In this document: positions 38,237-46,434 of the stretch, one piece after another
Position numbering within the stretch: position 1 is the stretch's first letter
How the letters are laid out: each line of letters starts with the position of its first letter
Assembly (NCBI GenBank): GCA_029856045.1
Contig: JAHQWG010000028.1
Coordinates: 78,547-142,546 of the forward strand
Source: Promethearchaeia archaeon
Lineage (GTDB): Archaea > Asgardarchaeota > Lokiarchaeia > Sigyniarchaeales > SOKP01
Reading direction: 5' to 3'
Length of the DNA: 64,000 nucleotides
Made by a program: the position numbers and the translations under genes
The notes under the pieces: model-generated
The model's database searches: none
Told to the model about the DNA's origin: nothing
What the model saw: the letters and a program-made list of their open reading frames with translations, nothing else

Positions 38237-39184
38237 ATGGAAAGACCATCCTTTTTGGCGAAATTTTTTTCCCACTTCGGGGATAAACGCAATCATTTTG
38301 TGGTTTATGGTCTTCCCGCAATCGCATCGGCGTTAGGCGCTAATACAATCGCAGAAGTTAAAGTTGTTGAGGGACAAGGGTGGACTGTTGTCGATCAGAG
38401 ACCCGCTACGACCGGCTATAAAAAAAAGAAATATGATGAAGGAATGCAATCAATTAAAAATGTAATCAAGCATTTAAAAATAGATACAGAGAGTCAAAAA
38501 CTTGGAATAACTTTTGCTGGAGATTTAATTGCTGCGAGTGGAGTTGGTGCTTCAGCGGCTCAATGTACATCACTAGCTCGGGCTTTAAACGACAGCTTTA
38601 ATCTAAATTTAGACGATGAAAAGATAAATGAAGCTGCGTATGAAGGAGAGAAAGCATATCACGGAACCCCATCTGGTATTGACAACACAGCTTCAACTTA
38701 TGGAGGATTGATTTGGTTTGTGAAAAACTTGAATGGTGGGAAAAATACTATGGACCTCTTGCAATCACCAATAAAAATGCCATTAATAATCGCTAATTCA
38801 GGAATAACTGCTTCTACGATAGAAGTAGTTGCTGATGTTCGGCGTTTAAAAGATAAAAATCCTAATAAATTTGAGAAAATTTTTAAGGAATATAAAGAAA
38901 TAGCAGATAAAGCAAAAATGGCCTTACTTGAAGGAAATATTATTTCTTTAGGTAATTTAATGAATCAAAACCACAAATTACTCCAAGAAATTACGGTTTC
39001 AGGAGAAATAAATGATAAATTAGTTCAAATAGCGTTAAAAAATGGAGCGATTGGTGCTAAAATGACAGGAACCGGGCGTGGTGGTTTAGTAATTGCTTTA
39101 GCTGAAAATAAAGAAATACAAGAAAAAATAGCCAAGGCAATCGAAAAAGGGGGTTATGATGCCTGGAAAACCATAATTGGATGA
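38237..39184 (+). CDS. mvk: Mevalonate kinase (GHMP kinase) with a disrupted or remodelled 5' end
   Basis: The body has clear MVK motifs: HFVVYGLPAIA, ASGVGASAAQCTSLARAL, HGTPSGIDNTASTYGG and KMTGTGRGGLVIAL. The conserved N-terminal motif GKTILFGE is encoded at 38239-38262 in a different frame from the rest of the gene (see finding). Confidence 0.75.
   Translation: MERPSFLAKFFSHFGDKRNHFVVYGLPAIASALGANTIAEVKVVEGQGWTVVDQRPATTGYKKKKYDEGMQSIKNVIKHLKIDTESQKLGITFAGDLIAASGVGASAAQCTSLARALNDSFNLNLDDEKINEAAYEGEKAYHGTPSGIDNTASTYGGLIWFVKNLNGGKNTMDLLQSPIKMPLIIANSGITASTIEVVADVRRLKDKNPNKFEKIFKEYKEIADKAKMALLEGNIISLGNLMNQNHKLLQEITVSGEINDKLVQIALKNGAIGAKMTGTGRGGLVIALAENKEIQEKIAKAIEKGGYDAWKTIIG
38263..38293 (+). 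other. 31-nt insertion-like segment (T7 run plus hairpin) splitting the GE|H motif of mevalonate kinase
   Basis: Removing these 31 nt joins ..GGC GAA|CAT TTT GTG.. to read GKTILFGEHFVVYG in one frame. Positions 38265-38287 can fold with pairs 65-87, 66-86, 67-85, 69-83, 70-82 (G-U), 71-81, 72-80 and 73-79. The loop is ACTTC and there is one T-T mismatch. Confidence 0.5.
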
Positions 39185-39196
39185 GATTGATTTAAA

Positions 39197-40006
39197 TTGA
39201 ATAACAATAATGAAATTTATCTATTGAAGTTAGGTGGAAGTTTATTAACTGATAAAAATAGACCCTTTTCTATTAGGAAAAATGTTGTTAAAAGCGCAGT
39301 TCAACAAATTATAGATGCTAATGAAAAATTAATATTAATTCATGGAGGAGGTTCGTTTGGCCATCCTCTTGCAAAAAAATACAACCTTTCAAAAGGAATA
39401 GATGCATCGATTCAAAATCAAATTCTTGGACTTACTGAAACTCACCAATCAATGAACAAATTCAATTCCTATTTAATTAATCAATTTTTAGAAAAAAAAT
39501 ATCCTGTATTATCAATTCAAGCTTCCAGCATTTTCATCAAAGATTCTCAAAATATCTCAACTCAATCGATTAATGTTATTGAAACCGCCTTAGATCTTGA
39601 TATTTTACCTATTTTGTATGGAGATATAATCCTTGATTCAAAGGGGTCATTCTCAATTATTTCTGGGGACCAAATCATCGTTGAATTATGTGAAAAAATT
39701 AAAAAGTATAATATCTTTAAAGTTATTTTCGCTATTGAAAAAGATGGATTATTCATTAAAGAAAGAGTTAATAGCAAATTGAATATAAAACTGGCGAGAG
39801 AATTAAAATTCGAAGATTTAGATATAATTGAAATCGCTGATTTAGAAAGTAAAATTGATGTAACAGGCGGAATTAAAGGTAAAATTAATAAAATCAAACA
39901 AATTTGTCAACAAAATATTCCCGTTCAAATAATAAATGGTTTAAAAGATGAATTTATACTTAAAGCATTAAAAAATCAAAATATTATTTCAACCAAAATA
40001 AAATGA
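39197..40006 (+). CDS. ipk: Isopentenyl phosphate kinase
   Basis: 269-aa amino-acid-kinase fold with LLKLGGSLLTDK, LILIHGGGSFGHPLAKKY, ISGDQI and DVTGG. The start is a TTG in the track. Confidence 0.8.
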   Translation: MNNNNEIYLLKLGGSLLTDKNRPFSIRKNVVKSAVQQIIDANEKLILIHGGGSFGHPLAKKYNLSKGIDASIQNQILGLTETHQSMNKFNSYLINQFLEKKYPVLSIQASSIFIKDSQNISTQSINVIETALDLDILPILYGDIILDSKGSFSIISGDQIIVELCEKIKKYNIFKVIFAIEKDGLFIKERVNSKLNIKLARELKFEDLDIIEIADLESKIDVTGGIKGKINKIKQICQQNIPVQIINGLKDEFILKALKNQNIISTKIK

Positions 40007-40016
40007 GCAAAGAATT

Positions 40017-41099
40017 ATGAATGAAAATGATATAAATAAGAGAAAACTGGATCATCTAAAAATCCCAATTGAGGAGGATGTTCAACATTCTGAAAATTAC
40101 TTCAAATATATTAAATTAATGCATCATTCTCTCCCTGAGGTAAATTTTGAAGATATCGATTTAACTACAAAATTTTTTGATAAACAAATATCGGCACCTA
40201 TTTGTATTGCGGCTATAACTGGCGGACATGAAATTTCTAAAGAAATCAATAGGATTCTTGCTACAGCCGCAGAATCAGAGAAAATCATAATGGGAGTGGG
40301 TAGTCAACGTGCTGGATTAGAAGATCTATCAACAGAGAACTCCTTTAAAGTGGTTCGAGAAGTTGCGCCTAATATTCCACTAATTGGAAATATTGGTATA
40401 GGGCAAATAAGTGAGAAAAATTTCAAAATTGAAAATTTTAAAAAATGCATTGATATGATTAACGCTAACGTAATGGCAATACATTTCAATGCTTTACATG
40501 AATTAGTTCAGGATAATGGGAATATCTCATATAATCTTTTCCGTTCAAATTTTCAAAAAATAAGAGAAAATATTAAGATTCCAATAATAGCAAAAGAAGT
40601 TGGAACTGGAATTAGTAAAGAAATGGCTTTAACACTTGAAAATCTCGGATTTGATGGATTTGATGTAGGGGGTTCAGGTGGAACAAGTTTTGCTGCAATT
40701 GAATCAAAGCGAAAGAGTTATGTCGTTGAAAAATATTCACGTAACCCAGCAGATCTTTTTAAAGATTGGGGAATACCAACTCCTGTAAGTATAATTAATG
40801 TAAGGAAAGTTTCAAATAAATTTATTATTGCGACCGGTGGACTTAGAAATGGAGTTGATATTGCTAAATCCATTATTTTAGGTGCTGATATTGGCGGATT
40901 TGCTTATAATTTCCTAGTATCTGCGTGGAAAGATTATCAAAATGATACTATTAGCAATACCATAAAGGAAATTAGAACTTTAAAGCATGAGATACGCTCT
41001 TGTCTATGGTTAATGAATTTAAAGAATATAAATGAATTAAAGAATAGTTCTAATAAAAGAGTTATTCTTGGTATATTATATGAGTGGTTAAATCAATAA
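40017..41099 (+). CDS. fni: Type 2 (FMN-dependent) isopentenyl-diphosphate delta-isomerase
   Basis: RKLDHLKI, SAPICIAAITGG, MGVGSQRA, IIAKEVGTGIS, GFDVGGSGGTSFA and IIATGGLRNGVDIAKSIILGAD. Confidence 0.85.
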   Translation: MNENDINKRKLDHLKIPIEEDVQHSENYFKYIKLMHHSLPEVNFEDIDLTTKFFDKQISAPICIAAITGGHEISKEINRILATAAESEKIIMGVGSQRAGLEDLSTENSFKVVREVAPNIPLIGNIGIGQISEKNFKIENFKKCIDMINANVMAIHFNALHELVQDNGNISYNLFRSNFQKIRENIKIPIIAKEVGTGISKEMALTLENLGFDGFDVGGSGGTSFAAIESKRKSYVVEKYSRNPADLFKDWGIPTPVSIINVRKVSNKFIIATGGLRNGVDIAKSIILGADIGGFAYNFLVSAWKDYQNDTISNTIKEIRTLKHEIRSCLWLMNLKNINELKNSSNKRVILGILYEWLNQ

Positions 41100-41105
41100 T
41101 TCTGC

Positions 41106-42173
41106 TTAAAACTTACGCTCAATGACATATTTTAGTAAATTTTCAAAAAATTCTGCCTCAGATTGATTAATATTTGGAATTAACTCATCAAGCTGAATCC
41201 TAGCAATTTTAGCATAATCATTTACTAGGTTCTTACAAGAATATACAGTCTCAGCTTCAAGAAATAAATCCTTGACTTCTTGAATTTCCTCATCTTTTAT
41301 ATCAGGATTTCCAATTAAATCAAGGATCTTTTCTTTTTTATTGTAATCTAATTTTTCAAGAGCATCTATTAACAAACAAGTTTTCTTACCTTCCCTTATA
41401 TCTCCATTTGTAGGTTTTCCAGTAATTTTTTCATCTCCAAAAGTTCCTAATATATCATCGGTCATTTGAAAGATGATTCCTAGATTAATCGCATATTTAG
41501 AGATGTTTTGAAGAAATTTATCCTCAACTCTAGCATAATTCGCGCCAATTAACATTGCTTTTTCTATTAATGCACTGGTTTTTAATGAAATCATTTCAAT
41601 ATATTCTTGCATTCGTAAAGATTCTCGATTTACCATGTCTAATTCGATTAATACACCATTACTGATCTCTTTAAATGCCTGTTCATAATATTTAATAGCT
41701 GTAAGATTTTGGTCGAGATTAAACTCATTATCAAAAAAAGCTTCTAAACCAAAAAAGAACGCTGAATCTCCACCTATAATCCCTATAGAATTACCATAAT
41801 CTTCTTTATTCATTTTTTGAAACGTTAACTTCGAATAGTATTGTTTAAATCTATAATGAAATGCGGGACAATTTCGCCTAAAATCATCCTTATCTATAAT
41901 ATCATCATGAATTAATGAAGCGTTATGAAGAAATTCTACACCTACACTGGGAGAAACAATCTTATCATCTCTTTCGAGGTTAAATGCGTTATATGTAGCA
42001 ATGCAAATCAAAGGTCGTAAACGTTTTCCACCAACTAAAAAATAATCCATTAACTCTTGATAATAATCTTTTAAAAATGGATTCTTTACCTCATTTAACT
42101 TCTTTTCATAAATTCTCTTTATCGCATTATTGATTTTAGGCTTGTACATATTCAAATATTCTGGAACTTTCAT
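41106..42173 (-). CDS. Polyprenyl (geranylgeranyl) diphosphate synthase
   Basis: First Asp-rich motif LIHDDIIDKD, second Asp-rich motif QMTDDILG, plus GGKRLRP and GKPTNGDIREGKKT. Confidence 0.8.
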   Translation of the reverse strand: MKVPEYLNMYKPKINNAIKRIYEKKLNEVKNPFLKDYYQELMDYFLVGGKRLRPLICIATYNAFNLERDDKIVSPSVGVEFLHNASLIHDDIIDKDDFRRNCPAFHYRFKQYYSKLTFQKMNKEDYGNSIGIIGGDSAFFFGLEAFFDNEFNLDQNLTAIKYYEQAFKEISNGVLIELDMVNRESLRMQEYIEMISLKTSALIEKAMLIGANYARVEDKFLQNISKYAINLGIIFQMTDDILGTFGDEKITGKPTNGDIREGKKTCLLIDALEKLDYNKKEKILDLIGNPDIKDEEIQEVKDLFLEAETVYSCKNLVNDYAKIARIQLDELIPNINQSEAEFFENLLKYVIERKF

Positions 42174-42485
42174 AATTTCAATATTTCAACTTGTAATGAA
42201 TCAATATAGTAAATATTAATTAAAGAAATATTATTAAAAGAATCTAAATATTTTTATATTTTTTCAGAACTTTAAGCGTTTAAATTTTTAAAAGTTATTA
42301 AATAATTTTATTTATTTTTTCTTGATTTTTTTTTTCTTAAAGTGAGAATGTATATTAGTTAAGAAAATGTGAAAGAAATTACGTAAGTAAATAGAAGAAA
42401 AAGTTTTACTTTTTTATAAAAAAAAATTATGTTTATAAATAATAATGACTCCATATTAGATAGAAAAACCAATGGTGGATAATTT

Positions 42486-42809
42486 ATGATAAATAATAAA
42501 AATGAATGGAATCAATTAAAATTAAATTTAATTAAGGCAGATGCTAATTCTAGAAAAAATATTTCAAAAGCCATATTAAAATCCTTAAGAAAAGAATTAA
42601 TTGAAAAATTAAATAAGAAACTAGACATACTTAAGGGAAAATTTTTTAATATTGATTTCGATTCTAAAACTAAAACCTATTCTATGTATGATCCCACCAT
42701 CACTGAGAAATATTGTGATATTGTCGGTGAAGATGAAATTAGCTTTTTTTTAGAAGCATTATTATATGAATATATTGGGTTATATGAATCACGAAGAGTA
42801 AGAATCTAA
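42486..42809 (+). CDS. Hypothetical protein (107 aa)
   Basis: ORF only, with no recognisable motif. Confidence 0.3.
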   Translation: MINNKNEWNQLKLNLIKADANSRKNISKAILKSLRKELIEKLNKKLDILKGKFFNIDFDSKTKTYSMYDPTITEKYCDIVGEDEISFFLEALLYEYIGLYESRRVRI

Positions 42810-42974
42810 AAAATAAAGCAAGGTACTCTCTTTTTACTTCATTTCAAGTGTTAATTTTATTAGAAAATTGATTATATTATAATATTATAAGTCCAAAGAA
42901 TTACTAGTTAACACTTATACTTGGGAAAGCGCTACTTGGTTGTTCTAAACACTATATATTCATTAAAAAAGTGA

Positions 42975-43181
42975 AAAAAAGAGAAACAGATAAAAATTGC
43001 AACTCTAGCCATAGCACATGGTGGAAATATACGATTAGGAACTGAAGATTATCCTTTTATTAAGAAGTGGATTCCTGCAAAAGATAAAGCCGAACTTATA
43101 GCTCGAATGGTAAGAATATGTAAAGAAATGGGACGAGAAATTGCAGATCCATTGGATGCACAGAAAATTTTAGGGGTCTAA
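42975..43181 (+). pseudogene. C-terminal remnant of a BKACE-family (3-keto-5-aminohexanoate cleavage enzyme / DUF849) gene
   Basis: The frame is open from the stop at 42972-42974 to the TAA at 43179-43181 and has no start codon. It reads KKEKQIKIATLAIAHGGNIRLGTEDYPFIKKWIPAKDKAELIARMVRICKEMGREIADPLDAQKILGV. The GG.(V/I)R.G.ED..........N.ELV.....I....GRE.A.P.EAR.ILG pattern is the typical BKACE C-terminus. No upstream part of the gene is detectable. Confidence 0.5.
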
Positions 43182-43303
43182 TCTAATTGTCGGTTTATCA
43201 AATTTTATTGGTATAAGAAAAAAAAATTTATATATTTTTATCTTAAGTGAAATTATCATTAATAAGAATTTATTAAATTAAATTTAAATAAAGAGTTAAA
43301 AGT

Positions 43304-44782
43304 ATGAAAATTCAAATAGTATTTATTGGTAAACCTCAATGGGAGGCTGGCTGGCCTTATTTAGGATATGATAATGAACCTTTGAGAACATCCATTCTCA
43401 ACCATCTAAACAAGAAATATCCTAAAGTTGAGTTTAGCCAGAGTGAAATGGTTTCAACTGACGATGAGCAATTAGTTAAGAAAATCAAAGAAGATATTTT
43501 TAACGCAGATGGGATATTAATCTATACCATTGGTCACTATGGTGAGCCAGCAATAGTAAAAGCAGGCATAGAATTTATCGAAATTGGGAAACCTACAATT
43601 TTAGCAAATTATATCTATGGGGGAGATCATACATTTACAAAAATTTACACCACAATAAAAGATAAGAATTTACCTGTAATTCCTATATCTTCACAAAATA
43701 TTGAAGATTTTGATAAACAAATTGAAAATATGATTAATATCCTAAATATTAAAGGAAAGAAAGTCTTAGTTTATGCCACCGATTCAAAAAAGATAAATTG
43801 GGAGGGACTTTTGGGATTGGTAAATCCAGAAAGGAAAAAAGTTTTGAAAGAACATCCAGAATTCATTGAACAAATTGGAAAAATGAGAGAGGGAGAATCT
43901 GAATTGTATCTCGATTTAATTGGACTTGACCAAGCACATCAATGGAGAAGAGATGAGGATAAATACAAAGAAAATCTTAAAAAGATTTTTGGAATTGAGA
44001 TGATAAGAGAAAATCCAGAAGACATTAGAAAGTATTATGATGAAATAAGTGAAGAAAAAGCTACCAAAATTGCAGAGAAATGGATTAAAAATGCAAGAGA
44101 GATTGAACCTACTGAAAAAACCATTTTAAATTCTGCAAAATTATATCTGGCGTTTAAAAATATCTTAAAAGAAAAGAAATACGATTTTGTTGCTCCTGAC
44201 TGCGGAACTCTTCTTATAAGTGGTATTTTTCCAGCTTATCCTTGCATGGCTTTCTTCGAATTAAGTAATGAAGGTCTTTATGGAATTTGCGAATCGGACA
44301 TGGATTCTGCTACAAGTTATATTTTTGGTTTATATTTAACTGGACGACCGGGATATGTTTCAAATCATGCTCTTGATTTAGTCAATAATCAAGTTACTTA
44401 CATGCATTGTCTTGCTCCAAATAAATTATATGGTGTCGATGACCCTTCTGCCGAATATGATATTGTATATCACGGAGAAACTGGATTTTTAGGAGCGACT
44501 CCTCGCGTTAAATTCCCAATAGGAGAGATTGCAACAACGATAAAAATCAGTGTATTTGAAAAAAAAATTGCCATCCGTCAAGGAAAGATTATAGATAATG
44601 TCGTAGATAAAAAAGGATGCACCTCGAAGATGCTTGTAGAAAGTGATGTGAAAGCGATTTTGGAAAATTATGACTGGGAGACCTTTGGCTGGCATAGAGT
44701 AACTTTTATTGGAGACTGGAAAGAAAAATTTGTAATTGGCGCTAAATTGCTTGGATTAGATGTTATAGAAGAAGATAAATAA
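43304..44782 (+). CDS. Uncharacterised protein with a FucI/AraA-like sugar isomerase layout
   Basis: 492 aa. The N-terminal part is a flavodoxin-like alpha/beta region (KIQIVFIGKPQW..ADGILIYTIGHYGE). The central part has GLYGICESDMDSAT. The C-terminal WHRVTFIGDWKEKFVIGAKLLGLDVIE resembles the HH.A...GD.....A..LGI ending of the 4047-5486 isomerase. Weak, by eye only. Confidence 0.4.
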   Translation: MKIQIVFIGKPQWEAGWPYLGYDNEPLRTSILNHLNKKYPKVEFSQSEMVSTDDEQLVKKIKEDIFNADGILIYTIGHYGEPAIVKAGIEFIEIGKPTILANYIYGGDHTFTKIYTTIKDKNLPVIPISSQNIEDFDKQIENMINILNIKGKKVLVYATDSKKINWEGLLGLVNPERKKVLKEHPEFIEQIGKMREGESELYLDLIGLDQAHQWRRDEDKYKENLKKIFGIEMIRENPEDIRKYYDEISEEKATKIAEKWIKNAREIEPTEKTILNSAKLYLAFKNILKEKKYDFVAPDCGTLLISGIFPAYPCMAFFELSNEGLYGICESDMDSATSYIFGLYLTGRPGYVSNHALDLVNNQVTYMHCLAPNKLYGVDDPSAEYDIVYHGETGFLGATPRVKFPIGEIATTIKISVFEKKIAIRQGKIIDNVVDKKGCTSKMLVESDVKAILENYDWETFGWHRVTFIGDWKEKFVIGAKLLGLDVIEEDK

Positions 44783-44916
44783 ATAGATTTTGATATAACT
44801 TTTTGAATCTATGCCCAAATGAATAATCCTTAAAAAACCAGAAAATCTTAAATATTGCCTAATCTGATTTGGAAATAACTTTATATACTCAGAGAATTAA
44901 ATTTAATTTGATTACT

Positions 44917-46278
44917 ATGAATGAAAAAAAAGTAAAAGATAAAGTACATTCTTTAAGCGGACATCTTCTGTATTCTCTGGGAGCTATTCCTTCATCACTT
45001 CCATATCAAATAGTAGGTTCTTTTATTGTATTGTTTTATCAAGTAACAATTGGACTTGATCCTCTTCTATTTGGTACTTTATGGGTAATTTATGGTATCT
45101 GGAATGCAATTAATGATCCTTTAGCTGGGTATTTAATGGATAAAAAGGTGACTAAATGGGGTCGTCGAGTTCCATACATTATCGTTGGAACTATTCCTTT
45201 TACTGTTGGATTTATGCTTTTATGGTGGGTTCCATGGACAGATCAGATAGCTATATTTTTTCATGCTTTACTAATGCTATTTTTATTCGACCTTGGTTTC
45301 ACATTGGCAATGACTGCTTGGTCTGCATTGTACACGGAAATGTATGAAGATGAAGCAGAAAGAGCAACAATGGTAGCTATGAAAGATACCTTTGCGTTTA
45401 TGTCAGGTATGGTTGGTGTTATAATAGCTCCTATGGTTGCTTCAGCTACTAATTGGACACTGACAGGTATAATTTTTGGATTAACAATACCAATCTCTAT
45501 GTATTTATCACTTCTCGGAACTGAAGAAAGAAAAGAGTATCAAATAGATAAACCTTTATCATATATTCCTGCATTTAAAGAGACTCTTACGAATAAGCCA
45601 TTCTTAATTATTACATTGACATATGCAATTACTGACACTGTATTTGGCTTAACCATGATGGTTCTTCCTCTTTATGCTTTATTTGTTCTGGAAGTGGAAG
45701 AAGGATTGGTTGGTGTTGGTCTCTTGGGAATCGCATTAGGAATTCTTATTAGTGTGCTATTTTGGAGATGGATGTATGCAAAAAAAGGACCAAAATATGG
45801 ATTACTCCTATCACTGGGAATATTTACGGCAACAATTTGGCCTATTTTTCTTGTAAATGATTTTACCATGCTAATACTTATAACAATCATACCAGGTTTT
45901 GGAGTAGGTGGAATGTTGATGACTGAACCAGCAGTCAGCGCAGCGATTGATTATGATGAATTGAAAACTGGAAAAAGACGTGAAGGAACGTATAACGGAG
46001 TTTTTGGATTTATAGTAAGGTTATCTCTTGTGTTCACGGCTGTAACTCTAGCAACTGTTCAAATATTTACTGGCTTTGAATCGGGAGCAGACACTCAATC
46101 ACCCACTGCTTTATTCGGTTTAACATTATTAATGTCACTAGTTCCTGTTCTTGGAGGATTATGTGCCTTAATAGCTTTTAAATTCTTCCCAATAAACTAC
46201 AAAAATTTCTGCGAACAACAAGAAAAACTAAAGGTTCTTCATGAAAAACGATTAACTGAATTAGAAAAAACTCAATAA
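44917..46278 (+). CDS. GPH-family sugar:cation symporter
   Basis: The track ORF starts at the TTG at 44869. The ATG at 44917 (MNEKKVKDK) is the likelier start. Signature NDPLAGYLMDKKVTKWGRRVPYII, about 12 TM segments. Confidence 0.75.
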   Translation: MNEKKVKDKVHSLSGHLLYSLGAIPSSLPYQIVGSFIVLFYQVTIGLDPLLFGTLWVIYGIWNAINDPLAGYLMDKKVTKWGRRVPYIIVGTIPFTVGFMLLWWVPWTDQIAIFFHALLMLFLFDLGFTLAMTAWSALYTEMYEDEAERATMVAMKDTFAFMSGMVGVIIAPMVASATNWTLTGIIFGLTIPISMYLSLLGTEERKEYQIDKPLSYIPAFKETLTNKPFLIITLTYAITDTVFGLTMMVLPLYALFVLEVEEGLVGVGLLGIALGILISVLFWRWMYAKKGPKYGLLLSLGIFTATIWPIFLVNDFTMLILITIIPGFGVGGMLMTEPAVSAAIDYDELKTGKRREGTYNGVFGFIVRLSLVFTAVTLATVQIFTGFESGADTQSPTALFGLTLLMSLVPVLGGLCALIAFKFFPINYKNFCEQQEKLKVLHEKRLTELEKTQ

Positions 46279-46434
46279 ATCATTAATCTAAAATTTTTTT
46301 TTCTTTTTTTAATAAACGGGAGCTATAATTAATATTTAATCAAAAATTTCTTATGGTCATTTACAGAATTTTTATTAGTTTATTTATTCTACAATTAATT
46401 AAAAAGATTTTTATGAATAATATGTGAAAAAATT

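Noticed and set aside
38264-38271. Programmed -1 ribosomal frameshift on the slippery T TTT TTC heptamer followed by the hairpin.
   Set aside because: A -1 slip from the GKTILFGE frame enters the third frame (CCC ACT TCG GGG ATA..), not the frame that encodes the kinase body. Only a +1 shift would work, and the product would still carry a 10-residue insertion inside the GE-H motif.
38263-38293. The 31-nt insert in mvk could be an archaeal bulge-helix-bulge mRNA intron.
   Set aside because: I could not draw the required helix / 3-nt bulge / 4-bp helix / 3-nt bulge geometry around positions 38262/38263 and 38293/38294. The insert forms only a simple internal hairpin. The out-of-frame 5' part also lacks a start codon, which splicing would not fix.
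42429-42482. 17-codon ORF MFINNNDSILDRKTNGG ending in Gly-Gly, considered as a possible ubiquitin-like or E1 substrate tail.
   Set aside because: It is far too short for a beta-grasp fold and lies 27 kb from the E1-like gene. In AT-rich sequence it is most likely chance.
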